From positions 181,509-245,508 of the forward strand of contig CAYTKN010000001.1 in the NCBI GenBank assembly GCA_964438505.1: a stretch of 64,000 nucleotides of DNA, given 5' to 3'. Positions 18,565 to 25,611 of this stretch are shown in pieces. A program made the position numbers and the translations under genes. This DNA comes from an uncultured Burkholderiales bacterium (GTDB lineage Bacteria > Actinomycetota > Acidimicrobiia > IMCC26256 > JACPCJ01). The notes beneath the pieces are model-generated. The model did no database searches. It was given only the letters and a program-made list of their open reading frames with translations, and was not told the origin of the DNA. Position 1 is the first letter of the stretch. Each line of letters opens with the position of its first letter.

Positions 18565-19848
18565 ATGCCGGGGATGCCGGGGGAGCACACGATGAGGGGT
18601 CAGCACAGACGAGACGAGGTCGCGGCCCGCCGCGACGGCGAAGGCGACAGCAGCCACGAGCACGGTGCTGCCGGTGCTGCCGGCGCGGTCGGCGCGCGCG
18701 CCGTGACCGTCGAGGAGCTCTGGCGCCGCCACGGACGGGAGCTGGAGCGACTGGCATCACGGGTGCTCGACGACACCCGGGCGGTCGACGCTGCCTGCTA
18801 CGGGGTCATGCTCCGCGCCGGCGAGTGGCTCGAGACGAGCCGCCGCGCCGTTCCGCGTGAGACCGCGCGGTGGTGGCTGCGGGATCTCTGCGCGGACGTG
18901 TGCGGGGAGATCCTCGCCGATGGCGTCCCTTCCGCCTGGCTGACCGACGACCCGCTCCCCGAAGCCCTGCCCACCCGGGTGCGCTCCGCGCTGGGCTTCC
19001 AGGCGGCCCGGCGGCGCCTCGATCGCGTCGAGGCCATGGCCCCCACGGAGGGGCCGGTCGCCCGCGCCCGGCAGCGCCAGCGGGCACGGTGGCGCGAGGC
19101 GCTGGAGGAACAGCTCCGGGGGCTTCGCACCCTGGTGCCCCTCGCCCTGCTCGCCCAGCTCGCCCGGAAGGCCTGGGACGGCGCCGAGCGCGCCGGGCGC
19201 GACGTCTGGCGGCGGGTGGAGGTCGCCGCCTCGACGGCGATGCCTCCCGGACAGCGGGTCGCCGGGCTGCTCAGCGCCGGCCCCGGATTCCCCGAGGCCG
19301 CGGCGGTGGTCACCGCGTTCGTCGCCGTCGGCGTGGCAGCACCCGAGCCGCCGCCGCGGGCCACGCCGATCGACGGCCGGGAGGTCGCCTCGACGCTCGT
19401 GGAGCGCCGTGAGGAGCGGACGGCCGCCTCGGACGCGGCCTCGTCGGAGGCCCTGACACACCCCGACGGTGACGAGCTCGCGGCCTCGACACCGTCACCT
19501 CGACCGGAGGCGGACGGGGACGCGTCGCCCGAGCCGGATCCTGGACCCGGGCTCCCGACGCCGGGACCGGACGCGGAGGTGGACGCTGATCCGGGCGGGG
19601 CGGCGGATGAACCCGTAGAGAAGAAGCACAGAAGCCACGGGACCAAATACCAGATTGCGAGTCACCGCGCGGGTGTCGATGTCGACGGCGACGGCGAGGA
19701 CGAGGTGTGGGTGAAGGGTTCAGTCTTCAATTTCCACTGCCGCGCTGATCCCAGTCGGCGCGGGCCGGTCAGCAGTCAGGTCTGCCCGGTGCTGGCGGAC
19801 TCCGAGGTCGTCGAAGAGTCCGAGCTCATCACTGAGGAGGAGGGCTGA
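18565..19848 (+). CDS. membrane protein with a sigma-70 region-2-like N-terminus, function unknown
   Basis: ATG 18565 inside track ORF 17440..19848. The segment VEELWRRHGRELERLASRVLDDTRAVDAACYGVMLRAGEWL...ARWWLRDLCADV resembles ECF sigma region 2. I see no region-4 HTH. One TM (AAAVVTAFVAVGVAA), then a P/D/E-rich extracytoplasmic tail. Confidence 0.5.
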   Translation: MPGMPGEHTMRGQHRRDEVAARRDGEGDSSHEHGAAGAAGAVGARAVTVEELWRRHGRELERLASRVLDDTRAVDAACYGVMLRAGEWLETSRRAVPRETARWWLRDLCADVCGEILADGVPSAWLTDDPLPEALPTRVRSALGFQAARRRLDRVEAMAPTEGPVARARQRQRARWREALEEQLRGLRTLVPLALLAQLARKAWDGAERAGRDVWRRVEVAASTAMPPGQRVAGLLSAGPGFPEAAAVVTAFVAVGVAAPEPPPRATPIDGREVASTLVERREERTAASDAASSEALTHPDGDELAASTPSPRPEADGDASPEPDPGPGLPTPGPDAEVDADPGGAADEPVEKKHRSHGTKYQIASHRAGVDVDGDGEDEVWVKGSVFNFHCRADPSRRGPVSSQVCPVLADSEVVEESELITEEEG

Positions 19849-19893
19849 CCGATGGGCTCCTCATGCCACGGGGTGGCGACGACAGGGGGCTGC

Positions 19894-20169
19894 TCAGATA
19901 TCGACCGTGCAGACGAAGATCTCCCACGAGATGCCGAACGCCTCGCCGGATTTCGGCCCGTAGCTCTCGGCGCTGCAGTCCCAGTCGTCGCAGTAGTCGC
20001 GGATGGTCTCGGTGGTCGTCGAGCCGTCCTTGCCGAGCTCGACGTACCCACAGTTGGTCGGATGGTGATTGGTGGCGTCCGCCGGCGAGCCCGAAAAGCC
20101 AATGCCGAGGGCTGTGGCCACCGCGATCAGCGCCACCAGGGCGCGCGCCCATATCTTCCGAATCTCCAT
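19894..20169 (-). CDS. small secreted Cys-rich protein (about 60-aa mature peptide)
   Basis: ATG 20169 inside ORF 19894..20223, preceded by GAAGGAGG. Signal peptide MEIRKIWARALVALIAVATALGIGFSGSPADA. Mature part has 4 Cys. Clearly lower GC. Confidence 0.5.
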   Translation of the reverse strand: MEIRKIWARALVALIAVATALGIGFSGSPADATNHHPTNCGYVELGKDGSTTTETIRDYCDDWDCSAESYGPKSGEAFGISWEIFVCTVDI

Positions 20170-20230
20170 ACCGAGCCTGCCTCCTTCGACGAAGTGCGAA
20201 GACATGTTAGGAGAACATTGCACTCATCTA

Positions 20231-20249
20231 CATCCCCCAATCGGGTGAA
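20231..20249. promoter_or_regulatory. island motif site b (CATCCCCCAATCGGGTGAA, i.e. the reverse complement of TTCACCCGATTGGGGGATG)
   Basis: Lies between the divergent starts 20169 (-) and 20276 (+). Confidence 0.4.
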
Positions 20250-20275
20250 CAACACAAAAAATCTCGGGAGCGACC

Positions 20276-21625
20276 GTGAGTAGGGGCCGGGACACATCCG
20301 AAGAGCGGCTCGGCTGGATCGGCGTCGCGACGATGATCGTCCTCCGGGAAGAGGTCGACGACGTCGTCGCCGGCGTGGTCAAACGGGTCCGCTCGGCGTC
20401 CCCCGAACCGCGACGAGCCGTCTCCGTGGTCGTCGAGAGCCCCGCGTACACCGCCTTCGTCCGCCGCGTCGCCTCCATCGCCGGCAACGCGCTCGCCGGC
20501 CGGTCCGAACGGGTCGCCGAGGAGATCGTCACCGCGTGCGACGAGGCCATCGACCTCGTGACCGACGGCGCGTCGACCGACCTCGTCCGCCGCAGCATCC
20601 ACGCCACCACCGCCGTCGCGCTCGACCGAGTGCTCAAGCACGTCGACTCCGAGCGCGACCACCCGACCGGCGCCCGGGTGCGATCGGCCGTCGGCGCGCT
20701 CAACGACTGCGAGTTCGAGCTGCTCGCAGCCTTCGAGCGCGCCGTGCGCGCCGTCGAGGACGACGAGGGCACCCGAGCGCAGCGCCTCCGCGAGTCGTTC
20801 CTGCGCGCCGTGCTCGAAGGGCCCGTGCGCGACCCCCTCGCCACCACACGCCGCGGAGAGCGCCTCGACCTCGACCTCACCCCACCCCTCGGCCTCGTGC
20901 TGCTCGTCGACGCGGCCTCCCGCAACTCCCGCAACTCCCGCAAGTCCCGCGACCCGTCCACACCCGAGTCGTTCGAGGAGCGCGTCCAGCGATGCGCGCG
21001 CCGCCCCGACCACCGCCTCCTGCCACCCGTGCTCGTCGACCCCGACCCCGGCGAACCGCTCTGCGCGGTGCTCGCCGTCCCCGCCTACCGCCCTCCGCTG
21101 GCCGCCGAGGTCGACGAGCAGCTCACCGCCGCCTGTGACGAGCTCGGGCTGCTGGCCGTGCGCGCCTCCGCCGCCGACCTCGCGGAGGCCCCCGTGCTCC
21201 ACCATCGCCTCCGCCTCCACGGCCCCCTCCTCGAGCGCTGCGCACGACACGTCGGTGCCTTCACCACCCTCGACTCGCTCTTCCCCTACCGCCTCGTCCA
21301 GGAGCTCACCAGCGCCGAGACCGACGAGCTGCTCCGTGAGCAGGTCGGCCCGCTCGTGACGACCGTCCGCCACGCACGCGAGCGGGTGGCGACCTGGAAG
21401 CTCCTCGTGCGCGAGCGCCTCACCGACCCCGAAGCCGCCGAACGCCTCGGCATCGGGATCAGCGCCATCTCCAAGCGCCGGCGGGTCATCGAGGCGATCC
21501 GCGGCGACCTGAGCACCGGCCTGTTCCGCTCCCAGACGGCCTCCTACGCCTACGAGCTCTGGGAGGACGACCTCCCGCCCCCCGGCGACCCGTGGTGGCG
21601 CGGCGAGGAATCCACCGGGGGGTGA
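20276..21625 (+). CDS. PucR-like transcriptional regulator (paralog 2)
   Basis: C-terminal HTH PEAAERLGIGISAISKRRRVIEAIRGDL. The tail ...YELWEDDLPPPGDPWWRG matches the tail of 16849..18270. Internal SRNSRNSRKSR arises from a 9-bp tandem repeat. Confidence 0.55.
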   Translation: MSRGRDTSEERLGWIGVATMIVLREEVDDVVAGVVKRVRSASPEPRRAVSVVVESPAYTAFVRRVASIAGNALAGRSERVAEEIVTACDEAIDLVTDGASTDLVRRSIHATTAVALDRVLKHVDSERDHPTGARVRSAVGALNDCEFELLAAFERAVRAVEDDEGTRAQRLRESFLRAVLEGPVRDPLATTRRGERLDLDLTPPLGLVLLVDAASRNSRNSRKSRDPSTPESFEERVQRCARRPDHRLLPPVLVDPDPGEPLCAVLAVPAYRPPLAAEVDEQLTAACDELGLLAVRASAADLAEAPVLHHRLRLHGPLLERCARHVGAFTTLDSLFPYRLVQELTSAETDELLREQVGPLVTTVRHARERVATWKLLVRERLTDPEAAERLGIGISAISKRRRVIEAIRGDLSTGLFRSQTASYAYELWEDDLPPPGDPWWRGEESTGG

Positions 21626-21640
21626 GAAGACCTCGACTTC

Positions 21641-21659
21641 TTCACCCGATTGGGGGAAG
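21641..21659 (+). promoter_or_regulatory. island motif site c (TTCACCCGATTGGGGGAAG)
   Basis: 109 nt upstream of start 21769. The following bases GCAACGCGCGGGGC resemble those after site d. Confidence 0.4.
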
Positions 21660-21768
21660 CAACGCGCGGGGCTTCTCGAAAACACTGTGAAAGTGACGAG
21701 TTCCGGCAATTCCCCGGCGCGAGAACGGCGATCTCCACCCCTCGACCGCGCCGCGACCGCTCCGTAGC

Positions 21769-22725
21769 GTGCCCGCCATGGACGACGACATGACACCCCG
21801 AGACCCTCACCCGGACCCTCCGATGGACGCGGTTCCGGCCCGCAACGGCCACCGCTTCGTGAGGACGCGGGAACGCCCCTCGGTCGACGAGCGGATCACC
21901 GACGCGCAGCGGCTCTGCACGCAGGTCTACGACCGCGGCGGGTCGCTCCACGACCTCGACCCGATCGACTCGCTCGACACGCTGGCGACCATGGGCGACG
22001 CCGAGGGGGCGATCGAGGCGATCGAGCGCATGCGCGCCGCCGGGCTGACCGTCGATCCCGACGACCACCTCATGGTGCTCGTCAGCTACCACGTCCACGC
22101 CCGCGGCGAGGACGCCGAGCGCTACCTGCGAGGCCTCCCACCGGACGAGCTGACCACCGCGCACCTCGCCCTCGTCCTCTCCGCGTACGCCATCACCGGC
22201 CGCGCGGACGAGGCCGAGGCGCTCTACCTCGACTACGAGGACTGGCCCATGGCCGACGGCGAGGACTGCCACGTCGCCCTGCTCTACGCGTTCAGCTTCG
22301 TCGGCGAGCCCCGGCGCGCCCGCGAGTGGTTCCGGACCGTCACCGAGCGTGACGAGCAGCTCGCGACCCCCCGGATGCTGGTCGCCCTCGTGCAGGCCCA
22401 CTCCAGCCCCGAATCCCTCGACGAGCTCCGCGCCCTGCGCGACGAGCTCGACGAGGAGACCCGCCGTGACCCCGAGGTGGCGGGCTCGCTCGTCAGAGGG
22501 TTCGCCTGGGCCGGCGACCCCGAGCGCGCCGAGGAGCACCTCCCCGACGCCCTCGCCGGCCTCGGCCCCGACGACGAAGAGGACGGCCGGCACCTCGTCG
22601 TCTGCTGCATCGGCGCATACCGGTCGTCCGCCGACGAGGACATCGACCGGCTGCTCGCCATCGCCGAGGACGCGGGGGTCGGGCTCAGGGACCCCAGGCT
22701 CACACCCGGGTTCCGAGAGCCCTGA
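21769..22725 (+). CDS. acidic helical-repeat protein (TPR/PPR-like, about 35-aa repeats), paralog 1
   Basis: Repeating helix-pair units, e.g. HLMVLVSYHVHARGEDAERYLRGLPPDELTTA / HLALVLSAYAITGRADEAEALYLDY / HVALLYAFSFVGEPRRAREWFRTV / MLVALVQAHSS.... No signal peptide. Confidence 0.5.
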   Translation: MPAMDDDMTPRDPHPDPPMDAVPARNGHRFVRTRERPSVDERITDAQRLCTQVYDRGGSLHDLDPIDSLDTLATMGDAEGAIEAIERMRAAGLTVDPDDHLMVLVSYHVHARGEDAERYLRGLPPDELTTAHLALVLSAYAITGRADEAEALYLDYEDWPMADGEDCHVALLYAFSFVGEPRRAREWFRTVTERDEQLATPRMLVALVQAHSSPESLDELRALRDELDEETRRDPEVAGSLVRGFAWAGDPERAEEHLPDALAGLGPDDEEDGRHLVVCCIGAYRSSADEDIDRLLAIAEDAGVGLRDPRLTPGFREP

Positions 22726-22832
22726 CCTCGCCGCGAGATCCCACCCCCTCGCGTTCCGCTGTGAGCCGAGCCTGTCGACGAGCGGCGGGGCGCGGGGGGT
22801 GGGAACCAGGGGTCGGAATGTCGTCGATCTCG

Positions 22833-22851
22833 TTCACCCGATCGGGGGATG
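22833..22851 (+). promoter_or_regulatory. island motif site d (TTCACCCGATCGGGGGATG)
   Basis: 119 nt upstream of GTG 22971. Confidence 0.4.
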
Positions 22852-22970
22852 CAGCGCGCAGGACCCCGTGATCCGGCCCCGAGAAGGGCGGATTCGCGCA
22901 CCCGGCCCGACCGACAAGTGGTGGTCTCCCCCCTCGAACGAGCCCGCTCGCCTGCGTAGGGTCCCCGTAC

Positions 22971-23873
22971 GTGACAGCGTCGCAGCGTGAAGCCCGCCAG
23001 GCAACCGGGCACCGTGAGCACCGCGAGAGGACGAGCGAGATGGCGGGCGACGAAGCCGACGAGCACGAAGAGCCACCTCGCCGGCCGCGCCTCAGCGACG
23101 GGCGAGCCAAAGAGCGGACCCTGCGGGCCCGCCTCCGCACCTGCGCGGTGGTCGGCGACGTCGACGGCGCGCGCGCCGCCGTCATCTGGATGGAGCGCTT
23201 GGAGTACCCGGTCGGCGACGAGGAGCACCTGCTGGTGCTGATCGCCCACCAGGCGAGCGACCGCGCCGTGGAGGCCGAGGAGTACTTCCGCTCCATCCCC
23301 GAGGACCAGCGGACCATGGCCCACTTCCGCTCGGTGATGGCCACCTACACCTTCAAGCGCCGCCCCCACGACGTCGAACGCCTCTACCTCGAGCTCGAGT
23401 CGACCCCCGACGCCCTTGACGACGACTGCCGCAGCCTGCTCCTCTCGGCGCTCGCCTTCGAGCACGAGGACGCCCGGGCGCGGGTGTGGTTCCAACGCTT
23501 CGAGCAGCAGTCCGACGAGCCGCCCGGCCCGGGGCTCGTCGCGCACCTGATCAACGCCCACGCCTACCCCGGAGCGCACGACCAGCTCGTGGCGATCCAC
23601 GACAGGCTGGACGAGGAGCTGCTGCACGAGCCCGAGGTGGCATCCACGATGGTGCGCGCCCTCGTCGCGGCGGGTGACCCCGAGCGCGCCGAACGCTGTC
23701 TCCGCGACGCCCTCGCCGTCGTCGAGGAAGACGAGGAGCGCGAGCGGCTCGTCGGCGACTGCATCCGGGGTCGCCGGCGCGACCGTGAGGCCGTCCGCCG
23801 GCTGCTCGCCACCGCCGAGGAAGCCGGTGTCGACGTCGAACACCTGGGGTCAGGCTTCGGCATCCTGCCCTGA
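22971..23873 (+). CDS. acidic helical-repeat protein (TPR/PPR-like), paralog 2
   Basis: Same repeat architecture and colinear similarity to 21769..22725 (HLLVLIAHQASDRAVEAEEYF..., GDPERAERCLRDALA vs GDPERAEEHLPDALA). The start is uncertain; ATG 23040 is the alternative. Confidence 0.5.
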   Translation: MTASQREARQATGHREHRERTSEMAGDEADEHEEPPRRPRLSDGRAKERTLRARLRTCAVVGDVDGARAAVIWMERLEYPVGDEEHLLVLIAHQASDRAVEAEEYFRSIPEDQRTMAHFRSVMATYTFKRRPHDVERLYLELESTPDALDDDCRSLLLSALAFEHEDARARVWFQRFEQQSDEPPGPGLVAHLINAHAYPGAHDQLVAIHDRLDEELLHEPEVASTMVRALVAAGDPERAERCLRDALAVVEEDEERERLVGDCIRGRRRDREAVRRLLATAEEAGVDVEHLGSGFGILP

Positions 23874-23918
23874 CCCGAGCGCGGGGGACGAGCGCGGGGG
23901 AGGGCGGACGACGGCGGC

Positions 23919-24069
23919 TCACACCTCGATCACGTCGAGGCCTGCCACCGAGACGTGATCACGGTCCTGGGTCACGATCGGGACCTCCAGGGCGAGCGCG
24001 GTGGCCGCGATCCACGAGTCGTTGATTGGCACGCGCTCGCCGGCATCTCGGAGGAGGACGTTGTTGTCA
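23919..24069 (-). pseudogene. C-terminal remnant of a PIN-domain (VapC) toxin gene
   Basis: The minus strand reads ...SDNNVLLRDAGERVPINDSWIAATALALEVPIVTQDRDHVSVAGLDVIEV*, a typical VapC C-terminus. The N-terminal two-thirds are missing. The break coincides with the 5' end of HNH copy B. Confidence 0.6.
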
Positions 24070-24086
24070 GAGGCGGGTGCGAACAT

Positions 24087-25037
24087 GTGTTCGTGATCGA
24101 CGAGGCCGAGGGCCGCCGTCGGGTGCGCCTGGCGCGGCGCTTGCGTGAGATGCCCGCCACCGCCGAAGCACTGGCGGACGGTGCGATCACGGTGGCGCAC
24201 GTGGAGCGTTTGGCGCGCGCCGCGACCCCGGAGCGCGGGGAGCTCTTCGCCCGCGACGAGGCGCTGCTCGTCGACCAGGCCCGTGAGTTGACGTTCGCGC
24301 AGTGGCAGCGCGCGGTTGCCTACTGGGAGCAGCTCGCCGATCCCGACGGCGTCGAAGCCAATTCGGCCGCAGCCGAGGAGCAGCGCCGCCTGCACGTCTC
24401 CCAGACCCTCGACGGGTCGTGGGTGCTCGACGGGCAGGCGGATGCGATCCGCGGTGGGATCGTCGCCGATGTGCTCGCCCGCATCGACGACGAGCTCTTC
24501 GCCGACGACTGGGCCCAAGCCAAGGCCCTCCACGGCGACGACACGCGTGTCGAGCATCTGGCGCGCACCCCCGCGCAGCGCCGCTTCGACGCGCTCGTCG
24601 AGATGGCCACCCGCGCCGCCAGCACCCCCGCCGACGCGAAGCGGCCCCGGCCGCTGTTCACCGTCCTGGTCGACTACCCGACCCTCGCGGGGCGGGTCTG
24701 CGAGCTCGCGGACGGCACCGTGGTCACCCCCGGCGCGCTCGCCGGGTGGCTCACCGAAGCCGACATCGAACGCGTCGTCTTCGACGGGGCCTCCCGCGTC
24801 CTCGACGTGGGCGTCAAGCAACGCCTCTTCACCGGCGCCACCCGCCGCGCCGTCGAAGTCCGCGACCGCGAATGCACCCACGACTACTGCGACGAACCCG
24901 CGGAACGCTGCGACGTCGACCACACCCACCCCCACGCTGCCGGCGGGTTCACCGAACAGACCAACGGTCGACTCCGATGCCCCCACCACCACGAAGGACG
25001 CCGCACCACCCGACCCCCACCCGACCACGACCCATGA
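24087..25037 (+). CDS. DUF222 / HNH endonuclease (REP13E12-like), copy B with a 330-bp in-frame internal deletion
   Basis: VFVIDEAE|GRRRVRLARRL... joins codon 8 to codon 119 of copy A. The HNH C-terminus is identical to copy A. The upstream extension of the track ORF (23955..) is antisense to the VapC remnant. Confidence 0.75.
   Translation: MFVIDEAEGRRRVRLARRLREMPATAEALADGAITVAHVERLARAATPERGELFARDEALLVDQARELTFAQWQRAVAYWEQLADPDGVEANSAAAEEQRRLHVSQTLDGSWVLDGQADAIRGGIVADVLARIDDELFADDWAQAKALHGDDTRVEHLARTPAQRRFDALVEMATRAASTPADAKRPRPLFTVLVDYPTLAGRVCELADGTVVTPGALAGWLTEADIERVVFDGASRVLDVGVKQRLFTGATRRAVEVRDRECTHDYCDEPAERCDVDHTHPHAAGGFTEQTNGRLRCPHHHEGRRTTRPPPDHDP
24111..25037 (+). repeat. inverted repeat arm B (927 bp) shared with 11900..12826
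   Basis: See arm A. The short 5' segment 24064-24110 also matches about 13157-13196. Confidence 0.85.
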
Positions 25038-25066
25038 GGCGGCGTCGGGAGGACTCGGCACCTTGT

Positions 25067-25273
25067 ATGCTGATCTGCATGCAATCCACGAGCGTGCGGA
25101 TCGACGCCGCGACGCACGAGGAGCTCAAGCGACTCGCGGACGAGTTGGGAACGACCGTCGGTCAGGCCGTCGCGGCCGCCGTGCGGTGCATGCGTCAGGA
25201 CCGCGTCGGTCAGGAGCTCGCCGCACCCTTGCGCGATGACGAGTCCGCGTGGCTCGATGCTGACCTCGGGTGA
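25067..25273 (+). CDS. ribbon-helix-helix antitoxin (MazE-like) of TA pair 1
   Basis: The tail of track ORF 24302..25273 reads M(LIC)MQSTSVRIDAATHEELKRLADELGTTVGQAVAAAV.... It overlaps the downstream toxin start. Confidence 0.7.
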   Translation: MLICMQSTSVRIDAATHEELKRLADELGTTVGQAVAAAVRCMRQDRVGQELAAPLRDDESAWLDADLG

Positions 25274-25601
25274 CGTCCTCGATCTCGATCTCGGTGTGCC
25301 CGAGGGGCGGGAAGCCGGCTTCAGGCATCCCGCGGTGGTGGTGACGGCTCAGCGTGTCCTGGACGCCTCTCCGTCGGTCGTGCAGGTCGTCCCACTCACC
25401 ACGACGGTGCGGCGGTTCGGGTCGGAGGTGACGATCGAACCCGACCGGCAGAACGGTCTCGCCGAGCGCTCGGCCGCGCAGTGCCAACACGTCCGGGCCA
25501 TCTCCCGCCACCGCGCTCGGTCGGTTCGCGGCAACGTCGGAGCCGTGGCGCTGAACCAGATCCGCGAGACGATCGGGTTGATCCTCGACGTGGGCCCCTG
25601 A
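25257..25601 (+). CDS. MazF/PemK family toxin (TA pair 1)
   Basis: MLTSGDVLDLDLGVPEGREAGFRHPAVVVT...VVPLTTT...QCQHVRAIS is the typical MazF pattern. The track start at 25236 is the alternative. Confidence 0.75.
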   Translation: MLTSGDVLDLDLGVPEGREAGFRHPAVVVTAQRVLDASPSVVQVVPLTTTVRRFGSEVTIEPDRQNGLAERSAAQCQHVRAISRHRARSVRGNVGAVALNQIRETIGLILDVGP

Positions 25602-25611
25602 TCGACGGTGT

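Noticed and set aside
18565-19848. Annotating this ORF as a bona fide ECF sigma factor
   Set aside because: Only a region-2-like segment is visible. There is no region-4 HTH, and the protein has a TM helix with an external tail, so it is kept as sigma-like and of unknown function.
23955-24086. N-terminal extension of HNH copy B (track ORF starts at 23955)
   Set aside because: This segment is the antisense strand of the VapC remnant. Similarity to copy A starts at about 24064, and the conserved GTG start is at 24087.
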